A stretch of DNA of 32,000 bases from Candidatus Methanoperedens sp. (GTDB lineage Archaea; Halobacteriota; Methanosarcinia; Methanosarcinales; Methanoperedenaceae), in contig JBGQBI010000001.1 in the NCBI GenBank assembly GCA_041494705.1, forward strand, positions 150,001 to 182,000, written 5' to 3'. Shown here piece after piece: positions 8,156 to 17,984 of the stretch (positions within the stretch are counted from its first letter, which is position 1; every line of letters begins with the position of its first letter). The position numbers were made by a program, and so were the translations under genes. The notes beneath the pieces are model-generated. The model worked only from the letters and a program-made list of their open reading frames with translations, did not search any database and was not told where the DNA came from.

Positions 8156-8445
8156 AAATTGTGTATATATTGCTGGTGCTCATACTCGCAGCATCAGCTT
8201 TAGGTTGTGTGGGCAATAAGCAATCTGAAGTAACACCCACTCAAACCACCCAGGCTCCTGCCACCCAGACTCCTCCCACACAGGTTGAAACATCCGTAGC
8301 TCCGACAGAAACACCGGTTTCTGCTGCAGCAACTACAACCCCATCAGGCAATGACCAGTTCGCGACGCAGAGCGACATTAGTACAATTGATTCGCTGGTC
8401 AACGACTCAAGCATGGATATTCCCCTGTACGATGTAAATATCTAA
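8152..8445 (+). CDS. lipoprotein with Thr/Pro-rich linker
   Basis: ATG 8152 overlaps the upstream stop (ATGA) and follows GGAGGAG. The lipobox-like LAASALGC is followed by a TPTQTTQAPATQTPPTQ linker. Confidence 0.6.
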   Translation: MKIVYILLVLILAASALGCVGNKQSEVTPTQTTQAPATQTPPTQVETSVAPTETPVSAAATTTPSGNDQFATQSDISTIDSLVNDSSMDIPLYDVNI

Positions 8446-8476
8446 GGTAAGCGCTGATGCGTTTACCTTGTTTTTT
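8446..8476 (+). terminator. intrinsic-terminator-like hairpin plus T tract
   Basis: GGTAAGCGC (8446-8454) pairs with GCGTTTACC (8459-8467), loop TGAT. TTGTTTTTT follows, immediately after the stop at 8443-8445. Confidence 0.6.
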
Positions 8477-8557
8477 AAGTCCATTAAACCATTAAACAAA
8501 ATTATATAAACTATTAAGTATAATTTATTCGTGGATGCATGCATCGGAGGTAAAATT

Positions 8558-8797
8558 ATGGTACGATTAGAACGAGAGGGAAACTCATTCGTATTCATAA
8601 CAGGACAAACACAAAAGCCGGATATAAGTAATTTAATCAGTGCCATTTCGGAACTTCAGAAAAATTCCCCTGACTTGGCCAGGATAAAAGAAGGGTTACT
8701 TTATCTTGACAATTCTGCGGGAATTGATATCAGGAAGGAGATTAAAAGTGTCCTGCAAAAAGCACTGGAAAATAAAGTTGTGCAAACAGGTTTATAA
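8558..8797 (+). CDS. hypothetical protein (79 aa)
   Basis: ATG 8558 lies 7 nt after GGAGG. No recognisable motif. Confidence 0.45.
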   Translation: MVRLEREGNSFVFITGQTQKPDISNLISAISELQKNSPDLARIKEGLLYLDNSAGIDIRKEIKSVLQKALENKVVQTGL

Positions 8798-8818
8798 CTC
8801 CATGACAATAGTTTATTG

Positions 8819-9937
8819 ATGTCGAAATTATTCCTGATTCCTGTCATCAGCGTATTTGATGTCCACGATGCCGCAGTAAGGGATTGGCTCAATAATCTTG
8901 ATGACACGGCTATTCTCCTTCATCTCGATTCCCCTTTCAAACTTGAGCGGTATTTCCCTGAGAACGGAAGACGTGCCATTTTGTGCGCAAATGATATTCA
9001 CAAGGAAGTGCTTTCCCTGCTGGATATAATTGATCCGCAGGCGGTTTTTCTTGATATTCCAACCGACCTGTACGAACTTGAGAATAAATACAATAAAAGA
9101 CTGGTCTCACCACATGAATTCTGGACAGAGTACTATGAAACAGCTTCGGCAGATATAGATGGGTCGGCAAGAACCCTGTACAGGATTTATACAAATGAGG
9201 TTGTGGATAAAAATACAAGGCTTATCGAAAGTAAAGACAGGCTTCCATTAAGCGTTGTTTTTTATGGTCTTGATACGAAATCCAGAGAGGATTTTTTTGA
9301 AGTATATGAAGACAGCTTTGAAAAGGACGGTGAGTTCCTGCTGCAAGCCGCAAGGGCTGTCAATGAATTGATGAATTTGCGTGAAAAACCAAAACACCTC
9401 TGGTACAGTCCCTTGAAAACCAGGCAAATCGCAATCTCATACGAAGAAACTGAAAAATTTTATAACGAGCTTTTACACCGGTTTGGGAGACTACTTAAAT
9501 TCAAAGTGAGGGATTATATTGTTAAAAGCCTGAATCTGCAAGCCCCTGCATTTATTTCATCATACGAAAAATTCCTGGATTATAAGATTAAAGTTGATGA
9601 AATAAAAATCTCAAACATCATCGAAGGCTTGAATGTTTTAACAGCCCAATCTGATTATCCCGTTATTGTTGTTTTATGTGAGCCCGTACACTATTTTGCT
9701 ATATTGGACGCATTAAGAAAAGACAGAAGCCTGAATCAAAAAGGTATCACGATTGAAGAACCCGATATCTCTTCACTGATGGATAAAATAAAACCGTTTA
9801 TCCAGAAGAACAGGATAATGCAGAGCGACTATGATATCGCTTTGAACATTCTTGGAATGGAAAAAGCAAAAAAATATGATAACCCAAGTGCGATTCTTGT
9901 CCCTAAAAGTTATGATTTATTAAAATCGCCCATATAA
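8819..9937 (+). CDS. hypothetical protein (372 aa); weak TraB/GumN-like layout
   Basis: Long ORF with host-like composition. The N-terminal LFLIPVISVFDVHD and late PVIVVLCEPVHYFAILDAL loosely recall the two conserved strands of the TraB/GumN family. This is a weak by-eye impression only. Confidence 0.5.
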   Translation: MSKLFLIPVISVFDVHDAAVRDWLNNLDDTAILLHLDSPFKLERYFPENGRRAILCANDIHKEVLSLLDIIDPQAVFLDIPTDLYELENKYNKRLVSPHEFWTEYYETASADIDGSARTLYRIYTNEVVDKNTRLIESKDRLPLSVVFYGLDTKSREDFFEVYEDSFEKDGEFLLQAARAVNELMNLREKPKHLWYSPLKTRQIAISYEETEKFYNELLHRFGRLLKFKVRDYIVKSLNLQAPAFISSYEKFLDYKIKVDEIKISNIIEGLNVLTAQSDYPVIVVLCEPVHYFAILDALRKDRSLNQKGITIEEPDISSLMDKIKPFIQKNRIMQSDYDIALNILGMEKAKKYDNPSAILVPKSYDLLKSPI

Positions 9938-11201
9938 TAAGAACAACCGTACCGAATATTATGAAGCGGGTGAAGGACTTTTTTATCAATTGCATAAGTT
10001 CAGGCGGTCCTGACCATTTTACAAGCATAATCTTATTGCCTGTGCTTATTATACTTGCAAGGACTGCGGTTATTGCAGCAGTATTGTATGAAACATTACC
10101 GCTAACAGCAAGCGCCGTCACTGATGCGGTTACCACTGCGCTGCTTATAAATCCACCCAGCGCAATCGCATAAACTCCTGCAGCACCTGCCCACAGGTAG
10201 GCGAATCTTGAAATAAAAGATAACGCAGTGAACCCGAAGGCAAATTTTACAGCCGGGGATAATGCAAACGGGGACTGCAATTGTATAGTCTCGCTTGAAA
10301 CCATGTGGTCTCTTGATTTGATAACCGCGGCTGCGGCAAACAGGATAATGACAATCTGCACAGGAGCCATCAATAAAAGCACTTTTCCGCTCGGGTCAAC
10401 AATGAAAGCTATGACCATGTTCCTTGCCAGCATTGCAGCATTTGAAAGGATAATCCCCAGGTAACTGGATTCTATCAACTCGGTTCTTTTTTTTGCCATC
10501 GCAGCAAGGGCGCCTGTCGTTGCCTCACTGTTCACAAGCCCGCCAAGCATTCCGGAAACAGGTATCCCGCTTTTTGTCCCGAGCTGTTTCATGATGACGA
10601 AGCTGATGAAGCTGATAGTCGCCACTATTATCACAATCAGGAGAATCGTCCTCGGATTAATTACACCCATGAATAATTCATTTGGTGTAATGGGATAAAG
10701 TATGAAAACAACTGCAAGAAATCGAACGCCGCTTAAGATTTCATCATCCGTAAGATTGGTAGCAAATGAATGAAGGGGGCGTTTTTCTGCAAGCAAAAGT
10801 GTAATAATCACAGCCCCTGCGATTGCAGGGATGTAGAATTCATAACTTATTAGGACGCCAAGCAGGAACGTACAATATAATGCAATCGGACCTGTTATCC
10901 CGGGCATTTTCAATATTACATTTTTTATGTAAATGTATATTGCACATATCATAGCAAAAAACGCAAGGGAAATTAGAAGGATTCCAGGAACGATTTTCAA
11001 TGCCAGGTACGAAGAAACCATTCCCGCGATGCAGGCAATAGTAAAAGAACGAATCCCTGCAATCAGTTCCATTTTTTCAGGGCGCCTGTGTTCTCTTTCA
11101 ATGCCAATGAGAATCCCGATAAGCGTAGCCAGTGCTAATTTTTGGAAAAAATCGAAATTGACATCCATATTGCTAAATGTTGGCGATACCAGGTCGATCA
11201 T
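9903..11201 (-). CDS. MgtC/SapB-family membrane protein with DUF4010-like C-terminal domain
   Basis: LALATLIGILIGIEREHR is the MgtC-family signature. It is followed by a polytopic membrane region of the length typical for MgtC+DUF4010 fusions. Confidence 0.7.
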   Translation of the reverse strand: MIDLVSPTFSNMDVNFDFFQKLALATLIGILIGIEREHRRPEKMELIAGIRSFTIACIAGMVSSYLALKIVPGILLISLAFFAMICAIYIYIKNVILKMPGITGPIALYCTFLLGVLISYEFYIPAIAGAVIITLLLAEKRPLHSFATNLTDDEILSGVRFLAVVFILYPITPNELFMGVINPRTILLIVIIVATISFISFVIMKQLGTKSGIPVSGMLGGLVNSEATTGALAAMAKKRTELIESSYLGIILSNAAMLARNMVIAFIVDPSGKVLLLMAPVQIVIILFAAAAVIKSRDHMVSSETIQLQSPFALSPAVKFAFGFTALSFISRFAYLWAGAAGVYAIALGGFISSAVVTASVTALAVSGNVSYNTAAITAVLASIISTGNKIMLVKWSGPPELMQLIKKSFTRFIIFGTVVLIIWAILINHNF

Positions 11202-11328
11202 TGATAATCAATTATTAATAATTTTCAAAATACTTATGTCCTTTCATTGGATGTTTCTCACAGAATAACCTAATTTATCTCATCCGGTACAAGAAAGATA
11301 ATATTATTAGAGGACGTTACTGGAAGAT

Positions 11329-12087
11329 ATGACAGTGGTAATATCTATAGGCGGGTCGGTTCTTGCACGCGAATTAAATCCTGAAAAATTCAAAAGCTAT
11401 GCGTCGATGTTAAAGGAGCTCTCAAAGAAAAATGCCGTATTCGTTGTTACAGGGGGCGGAAGAGCGGCGCGCGATTATATTAACGTGGCAAGAGGACTCG
11501 GGGCGGATGAAGCGACCTGCGATATCCTGGGAATAGAAATAACCCGTATTAATGCCAGGCTCCTGATTGCAGCTCTTGGTGAGTCGGCATACCATGAACC
11601 GCCTCTTGATTATGAACAGGCGAAAAGGGCAAGCCTGAGCGGCAGGATTGTTGTCATGGGCGGGGTTGTACCGGGACAAACCACTGATGCCGTATCGGCA
11701 GTCCTTGCTGAATACATTGGCGCTGACCTTCTCATTAATGCAACATCCACCGACGGTGTTTATACATCCGACCCGAAGAAAAATAAAGATGCCCGGAAAT
11801 TTGAAACCATGACACCAGGGCAGCTCATCGAGGTTGTAATGAAGACGGAAATGGTCGCGGGCGCGAATTCGCCTGTTGACCTTCTGGCAGCTAAAATCAT
11901 TGAGCGCAGCAATATCAAGACCATTGTGTTAAACGGGGAATCTCCTCAAAATATCTTCGATGCGGTTTATGGGAAGCATAAAGGCACAGTGATTGAAAAA
12001 AAGAGAGCGCGTTCAAAAAAGAAAAACGACACTGAGAAAGATCCCTGCAATCTTGGTTATTTCAGTACTAACGGCTGTGATTCCTGA
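11329..12087 (+). CDS. pyrH: UMP kinase, archaeal type
   Basis: VVISIGGSVL, VTGGGRAARDYI, GGVVPGQTTDAVSA and DGVYTSDPKKN match the amino-acid-kinase fold of archaeal PyrH. A ~30-aa basic C-terminal tail appears non-homologous. Confidence 0.85.
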   Translation: MTVVISIGGSVLARELNPEKFKSYASMLKELSKKNAVFVVTGGGRAARDYINVARGLGADEATCDILGIEITRINARLLIAALGESAYHEPPLDYEQAKRASLSGRIVVMGGVVPGQTTDAVSAVLAEYIGADLLINATSTDGVYTSDPKKNKDARKFETMTPGQLIEVVMKTEMVAGANSPVDLLAAKIIERSNIKTIVLNGESPQNIFDAVYGKHKGTVIEKKRARSKKKNDTEKDPCNLGYFSTNGCDS

Positions 12088-12135
12088 TTTTGCCATCGGC
12101 AAATATTTGAAATCCAAAAGTCAATAGGACAAAAT

Positions 12136-12999
12136 ATGTTTGAAAATATATTCAAGGGATTTTCCTTCATAAAAGAGAGTTTCAGGCTCATCACCAAAGA
12201 TGCAGACCTTATCAAACCTTCCATTTATTCAATATTCGTGGCAGTATTTTTTACAATCATTTCTGTTATCGCCCTTTTTCTTCTGCAATCTTCATTACCG
12301 GCAGGGATATTTTACATCCTTGTTTTCCTCGTGCTTCTCGGGGTTTATTACATCTCATACTTTTTTACGGGCATGACCGCATTTCTCGTGTATGATTTCT
12401 TCAAAGATGGCGATGCCACCATGTCAGAAGCTTGGGCAGCCACGAAAAAGAATGCCCTGGCATTATTTTATTTAAGCATAATCTCAGCGATAATATATAT
12501 CATCACAAGCGCCTTTCGAAGACGGTCAAGAGAAAGAGGGGGCGTTGGCGGCGGCATAGGGGGCATGATCATGGGGTTTATCGAATCCGTCTGGACTGTG
12601 GCGACCTATTTCATCATCCCTGCTATCGTGATAGAGGACAGGGATATAAAAGGCGCAGTGGCAAGGGCTACTGATATTATGAAGAAGAATCTTCTTCCCA
12701 TCGGGGTGGGTGAGATTGCTGTAGGGTTAGTGACGGGTATTCTTTCCTTCATCGGAATAATAGTCGCTATCGTTATCGGGGTAATGTTATTCACTGCCAT
12801 TGGTGCTGTAACCGGCGCACTGGTTGCGATATTGGTGGCCGCAGTGCTGATTATACTGGTAATCGCGCTCTCCATGTATATCACCACGGCTTACCATACC
12901 TGTCTTTTCCTGTGGGCAAGGGATGTCGAGGATGCAAAGCTTGGCGCGCCTGGAACGATAAAACCGCCGGCGCCGATTGCAAATGCGATGGGTGTGTAG
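12136..12999 (+). CDS. polytopic membrane protein, unknown function
   Basis: Several long hydrophobic segments, a Gly-rich loop (RERGGVGGGIGGMIMG), and an N-terminus MFENIFKGFSFIKESFRLI. Confidence 0.6.
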   Translation: MFENIFKGFSFIKESFRLITKDADLIKPSIYSIFVAVFFTIISVIALFLLQSSLPAGIFYILVFLVLLGVYYISYFFTGMTAFLVYDFFKDGDATMSEAWAATKKNALALFYLSIISAIIYIITSAFRRRSRERGGVGGGIGGMIMGFIESVWTVATYFIIPAIVIEDRDIKGAVARATDIMKKNLLPIGVGEIAVGLVTGILSFIGIIVAIVIGVMLFTAIGAVTGALVAILVAAVLIILVIALSMYITTAYHTCLFLWARDVEDAKLGAPGTIKPPAPIANAMGV

Positions 13000-13046
13000 A
13001 TTTTAATTGGAATCTATAAAGGTTATAAGAAAAAATAGTAGCTAAA

Positions 13047-13907
13047 TTACTCCTCCACCCTCGCCACATTCATATTCCTCTTAAGCCCCATCGCCTCAGC
13101 CACGGACTCGCATTTCGTCTTCAGAAGATACGCTATCGGCTTGAAATCATACTCTGACATTGTCTCATAGTTCGCCATCCCCTTGCTGATAATAAGCGAT
13201 GCCTTCCCGAGCGCCTCCACAAGCTCAGGCGGCGCTTCTTGCAAACACAAACCGATGGCATTTGAACCCGTGGTGAGTACCTGGTCCACCTTTTTATCAA
13301 TACCAAGTTCCAGCGCTTCTTTCATGGTGACGTCATTCAGAATCGGCGCGCCCCTGACAACGAGTGTGATTTTGCCACCGAGTTTCCGGATTTCCTCGAA
13401 CAGCAGTGTGTCGAACACTATCTCGCCGCAGTTATCCGCAAGATAGACAACATTTCCAAGGATTTTTTTCATCCTCTCGGTGTCGTCCACGTCAAGCCCG
13501 TGCTCGAATTGCCTGAGCATCGTTTCTTTTGCTGTCGCTTTATCGGCATCAAAACCCAATACCCCGAAATCAAATGAATTTCCGATAATTGCAGCAAGCA
13601 CAGCGCGCCGGAACGAATCCTTCTTCTCAACAAAATCCTTCGCAAAAGGCATTAGCTTTTTTGCCGCCTCATTGCTCTGCTGTTTTTTCTCGCGATATGG
13701 GTCTATATCGCCCAGCACCCTATATGCTTCCCTGTGTATCTTCGTGGAAAGATGCGTCGCAGGGGCGCCGTCCACAAGATATTTCCGCAGCACCTCGATT
13801 CCTGCAAGCACAGCCTTCTTCTGGAGGGCTATGTCATTGGTTGAGAGTTCAGCCTCGAACTGTACTCTGGATAACAGGCACGGTGCACATCTTGGATGGA
13901 TTTTCAA
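13047..13907 (-). CDS. DUF89 / ARMT1-like damage-control phosphatase
   Basis: YLADNCGEIVFD and GMANYE-type motifs. I prefer the TTG start at 13907 (AGGAG 6 nt upstream), which gives MKIHPRCAPC, the usual N-terminus, and avoids a 56-nt overlap with polB. Confidence 0.7.
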   Translation of the reverse strand: MKIHPRCAPCLLSRVQFEAELSTNDIALQKKAVLAGIEVLRKYLVDGAPATHLSTKIHREAYRVLGDIDPYREKKQQSNEAAKKLMPFAKDFVEKKDSFRRAVLAAIIGNSFDFGVLGFDADKATAKETMLRQFEHGLDVDDTERMKKILGNVVYLADNCGEIVFDTLLFEEIRKLGGKITLVVRGAPILNDVTMKEALELGIDKKVDQVLTTGSNAIGLCLQEAPPELVEALGKASLIISKGMANYETMSEYDFKPIAYLLKTKCESVAEAMGLKRNMNVARVEE

Positions 13908-13917
13908 GGCTTTTCTC

Positions 13918-16509
13918 CTAAAATTCGAATAATTGCCTCTGCTTTGTTTCTGTCTGCACCTTTTTCTCTCCAATCCATCTTAACATTTCCCCGGTCACAC
14001 CAAAATCCGACAAAATGCGCTCAACAGGAGGAAGTATCTGTTTATTGACATAGTAATCCACATCAAGAGGCAGCTTTTTCTCTCTTGCATAATCGGGGTC
14101 TTCCGCCCGGTCCACAAACAGACTTTTCCCTGCGATAATCACAAAAGGTATCCTGTCGCCAACGTTTGCAATTATCCCTCTTTTTCTTAATTTTTCTATA
14201 ACCGTTATATGAGGCTGCCTGTTTTTATAGCTCTCAACTTTTTTCGTGTATTGCCTTGTCAACACCAGGTCTTCAAAGAGTTCACTGTCTTTACTTGCAT
14301 CTATCGACCTGATGCGGTTTATAGTATCCTTCACAAGTTCAACTGCTTCATCCACCTTTCCTTCTTTCAGCACAAGCTCAAGCACTTTTTCAACGGTCTT
14401 GGTTGTGAGTTCGCACCAATCACGGCGAACCGTCTCCATGCCTTTTACCTTAATTTTCTCCTTCATCCCCTGCGCTGTTTTTTCCACTATCAGAAGTGCA
14501 TAGCGCTTTTTGGCAAGGAATATGGCGCGCCTTGCAAATGAATCAAAAACAAGTTCCATAGGCTTAACGAGCGACCCCGTTACGGTATCTGCGATGCTGT
14601 TACCCACAAGCAGCGCCTCATTAAAAGTTATCTCCTTATCAAGGAGATGCACAAAAACGCTGTCAGTATCCCCATATACAACAATTAAACCAATGCGCTT
14701 TCCATCTTTAGCTTCATCCTTTTTAAAGGCCCTGCCACCTTTGAGGATTATTTCCTTTATATCCTCCTCGATTAGTTTTTTTGTGCGCAGGATATTCTCG
14801 CGCCCGAAGCTCGTGACCGCGCTTGCGAGGGTTAAACTGTACAGGCGAGCCCTTGCATATCCTGAATAACCGTAGAAGCTGTTGAGGAGGATTTTGAGCG
14901 CAAGCTGCGTTGCATCAAGCACGCGGTATTCTTCCTCGTTTGCAGTCTTCATTTTTGCGCGCGTCTCTTGCCTGCGGTTAAGTAAATCTTCAAGTATAGA
15001 AGGCACGATGCCTTTTACTACATTCCGGGAAACAAAAACCCCACCTGTAGGCGCAACGACCACATCGTCAGGTCTCTCGCCTACCACCTCTGTGGTATAG
15101 CACAGGTTGTGCGCCATCATTATGGTCGGGTAAAGCGACTTGTAATCAAGTATCACGATATTCTCAAGCAGTCCCTTCTTCGGCGAAAGCACCTCCGCGC
15201 CCGCCAGTTCCTCCCCTTCATCATAGCGCTCATCAGACATCTCGCCTGTGGGGCGCACCGGCAGCACCCTGTCATGCTTTTTATACTCCCGGAGGATGAG
15301 ATTCTCAACCATCTGTGTCTGCCCGCCGTCAAGGATATCCTGAAGAAGCGTTCCGCTCACCCTGGCAAGAGCTATGTATTTGTCTATAAGCCGCAGTTTC
15401 AGGAGGAACGCAAGGGCAAGCTCCGAGTCGCGCCTCGCATATTCGATGAATTTCGAAAGCTTCTCCCCGTTATCATTCCAGTATGATTCCATTTCGAGGA
15501 AAGGTATGTCGAGTTTCTCAAGAGCGAGAAGTTCCTTTGCTGCATTCCTTAGCGTGTACTGCTTGAGGGAAAATTCCTTTCGAAGAAGCGGCAGCACATC
15601 CACAGCGATGCGCCCCATCACGCTTACCCGCGTCGTGTTCCCGAATTTCTTGTAATATACCGTCCTCCCGTCCCTGCCCATTAGCGGCTCTATCCTCGCT
15701 CCTTTCTTGTTCAGGGTTTTAATCCTCTCCACAATGTAAGGCACATCAAAACTGTTGGAGTTATAACCCACAAGGATATCAGGGTCGTACTCCCTGATTA
15801 TCTCGAAAAACCGGCGAAGCATCGCTTCTTCGCTCCCGCAGCTCTCGTTTTCACCTTCTATTCGTGCATCCTTCCCAACGAGTACAAGTGTTTTCTTACC
15901 TTCAAAATCGGGAGCAAAAGCAAGGCTCATAAGGACGATAGGTGAATTTTCAGGAGTTGGCATTGCGCCATTTATTGGCAGGCACTCGATATCGAATGCA
16001 AGATGCCGAAGTGGGGCGTTTTTCAGGATTTCCACTGGTTTTACTTTCTGTGATGTTATCCTGATGCTGCTTAAAACCTCATTGCTTATCAAATTCCCTT
16101 CTGGTTCAGCATTTGCCCAGCCCATGCCGCCAAGCCCTGTATCCACCATGTACCTGTTCCTGAAAAGAATGTCAGTTTCATATACATCTTCCACTATGTT
16201 CCTGACATCATCGCGGATGATGGGTACGCTTTTCGGGTCAAAAAGAATGATTTTTAACATGCTGGTTTTGTTTTTGAAATAGCCTACAGGTTCAAAACGT
16301 AGAACGGGCTCAATCCTTTTTATGTGCTCTTTGAACTTCTCCTGGAGAATCGCTGCCATTTCAGGCTCAGCTTTTGCATAAAAATACGGTTCAAAGCCAG
16401 GCACCATGCAGCAGACGCTATTTCCAGAGTCATCTCTTCCATAGAGCCTTACTACAGGCTTATTTTCGCTGTAAGTGTAGTCGGCATCAAGAATCTGGAA
16501 GTTCATCAT
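13918..16509 (-). CDS. polB: family-B DNA polymerase
   Basis: Exo motifs FDIECL, YNSNSFDVPYI and YARRDSELA. Pol motifs DYKSLYPTIM, KILLNSFYGY and YGDTDSV. The start is at MMNFQILDADY (ATG 16509). No intein-sized insertion. Confidence 0.9.
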   Translation of the reverse strand: MMNFQILDADYTYSENKPVVRLYGRDDSGNSVCCMVPGFEPYFYAKAEPEMAAILQEKFKEHIKRIEPVLRFEPVGYFKNKTSMLKIILFDPKSVPIIRDDVRNIVEDVYETDILFRNRYMVDTGLGGMGWANAEPEGNLISNEVLSSIRITSQKVKPVEILKNAPLRHLAFDIECLPINGAMPTPENSPIVLMSLAFAPDFEGKKTLVLVGKDARIEGENESCGSEEAMLRRFFEIIREYDPDILVGYNSNSFDVPYIVERIKTLNKKGARIEPLMGRDGRTVYYKKFGNTTRVSVMGRIAVDVLPLLRKEFSLKQYTLRNAAKELLALEKLDIPFLEMESYWNDNGEKLSKFIEYARRDSELALAFLLKLRLIDKYIALARVSGTLLQDILDGGQTQMVENLILREYKKHDRVLPVRPTGEMSDERYDEGEELAGAEVLSPKKGLLENIVILDYKSLYPTIMMAHNLCYTTEVVGERPDDVVVAPTGGVFVSRNVVKGIVPSILEDLLNRRQETRAKMKTANEEEYRVLDATQLALKILLNSFYGYSGYARARLYSLTLASAVTSFGRENILRTKKLIEEDIKEIILKGGRAFKKDEAKDGKRIGLIVVYGDTDSVFVHLLDKEITFNEALLVGNSIADTVTGSLVKPMELVFDSFARRAIFLAKKRYALLIVEKTAQGMKEKIKVKGMETVRRDWCELTTKTVEKVLELVLKEGKVDEAVELVKDTINRIRSIDASKDSELFEDLVLTRQYTKKVESYKNRQPHITVIEKLRKRGIIANVGDRIPFVIIAGKSLFVDRAEDPDYAREKKLPLDVDYYVNKQILPPVERILSDFGVTGEMLRWIGEKKVQTETKQRQLFEF

Positions 16510-16669
16510 GGTTAGATTTGGTTTAATCCCTTTATACTTAACCTCGCCACTTACTGCTGTTTTGAGGATATAGAATATAATGCTTTTAATCCTGTCAATC
16601 TTTTCTGAATTGTTTTTAAAACTTAAAACAAATACTTTTTTAGTAAGCAATTCAGTAGTAGCCAGAACT

Positions 16670-17971
16670 ATGATTGAAATCTCCCTCACACTTCTCCTCA
16701 TCTCCGTTTTCTTGGGCTTCTTCCTCGGCATCATTTCAGGTCTCACACCCGGCATCCATGTCAATAATTTCGCCCTGATACTTGTTGCGATGTCGCCATT
16801 TTTTGCGAGCATCGGCTTTGCGCCCTTCTACATCGCCGTTGTCATCCTCTCAAATTCCATAGCGCACACCTTCCTTGATATTATCCCTTCAGTCTTTCTC
16901 GGCGCGCCAGAAGCCGACACTGCCCTTGCCGTCCTTCCGGGTCATGCGCTCCTCATGGAAGGAAGAGGCGCAGAAGCTGTGCGTCTCTCCGCTATCGGGA
17001 GCGCCGGCGCAGTGGTAGTATCTTTAATAATGGCGCTTCCTCTGGCTTTTTTCTTCATGAATATCTACGGAACAATAAGCCCGTATATCGGATGGATTCT
17101 TGTTTTGATAGTAATCCTGATGATAGCCACCGAAAACGGCGAGCAGGTGGAAGGCCAGGGGTCGCTCGTGCATCTTAAATTCAAGTTATATGCCGTCCTC
17201 CTGTTTTTTATTTCGGGCATGCTGGGGATATTTGCATTTGATAATGCGGCGCTGATGCAGCCTCTTGTAACATTTGGCGAGCCGTCTATCCTCCTTCCTC
17301 TTCTTTCAGGGATATTTGGCGCATCCATGCTTGTTATCAGCCTCATGACAAAATCCGAAATCCCGCCACAGCAAAAAACATGCAGGTTTGCGCTGCCGGC
17401 GAAGAGGATTGTGCGGGGCATGGTCACAGGAAGCGCGGCGGGTTCATTCGTGGCATGGCTTCCGGGCGTGTCATCGACGGTTGGCACAATAATTGCAAGG
17501 CTATTAGTTCGCGAAGAAAAGGATACGGATTCCTCAAAAGAATTTATGGTATCAATAAGCAGCGCCAATACGGCAAATGCGGTTTTTAGCCTGGTTGCCC
17601 TGTATATCATCGGAAAGGCAAGAAGCGGCGCAATGGTTTCGATTGATAAACTTGTCAATGTAAACGAATGGGATTTTTCCGTTATTATTGTCTTATTAAT
17701 TGTTATCGTTTATGTTTCCGTGATTTCATATTATACGACCATTTATCTTGGAGACAAGATTTCAGGGTTCCTGTCACGGATAAATTATTCAAAATTATGC
17801 GCGGCGGTCTTAATCGGGCTTTCGGTAATGGCGTTCATGTTCACCGGCTGGTTCGGGTTTATTGTGTTTTTAATATCCACATCAGTCGGGATGATAGCTT
17901 CATATGCGAAAATAAGGAAAACACATGCTATGGGGGTAATCATGCTTCCTGTGATTTTATATTTCCTGTAA
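16670..17971 (+). CDS. TctA-family (DUF112) membrane transporter subunit
   Basis: Internal start MIEISLTLLL. GLTPGIHVNNFALIL and a second repeat (GSAAGSFVAWLPGVSS) are typical of DUF112/TctA. Polytopic. Confidence 0.6.
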   Translation: MIEISLTLLLISVFLGFFLGIISGLTPGIHVNNFALILVAMSPFFASIGFAPFYIAVVILSNSIAHTFLDIIPSVFLGAPEADTALAVLPGHALLMEGRGAEAVRLSAIGSAGAVVVSLIMALPLAFFFMNIYGTISPYIGWILVLIVILMIATENGEQVEGQGSLVHLKFKLYAVLLFFISGMLGIFAFDNAALMQPLVTFGEPSILLPLLSGIFGASMLVISLMTKSEIPPQQKTCRFALPAKRIVRGMVTGSAAGSFVAWLPGVSSTVGTIIARLLVREEKDTDSSKEFMVSISSANTANAVFSLVALYIIGKARSGAMVSIDKLVNVNEWDFSVIIVLLIVIVYVSVISYYTTIYLGDKISGFLSRINYSKLCAAVLIGLSVMAFMFTGWFGFIVFLISTSVGMIASYAKIRKTHAMGVIMLPVILYFL

Positions 17972-17984
17972 TAAACGAGACTGT

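Noticed and set aside
12013-12096. Basic 30-aa tail on UMP kinase, and a 27-codon antisense micro-ORF (MAKSGITAVSTEITKIAGIFLSVVFLF) overlapping it
   Set aside because: The tail may simply be lineage-specific. The micro-ORF is too short to evaluate, with no SD or conservation data.
13183-13932. Plus-strand ORFs of 87, 150 and 110 aa
   Set aside because: They are antisense to the DUF89 phosphatase gene. The translations are Ser/Ala/Phe-rich and typical of shadow frames.
14209-16515. Series of plus-strand ORFs (63-125 aa) inside the polB region
   Set aside because: All are antisense to a family-B polymerase with every exo and pol motif intact.
16510-16812. 101-codon N-terminal extension of the polB ORF and 30-codon extension of the TctA-family ORF (16580-16669), which overlap each other
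   Set aside because: The extensions encode junk-like sequence and would overlap divergently. The conserved N-termini begin at ATG 16509 (MMNFQILDADY) and ATG 16670 (MIEISLTLLL).
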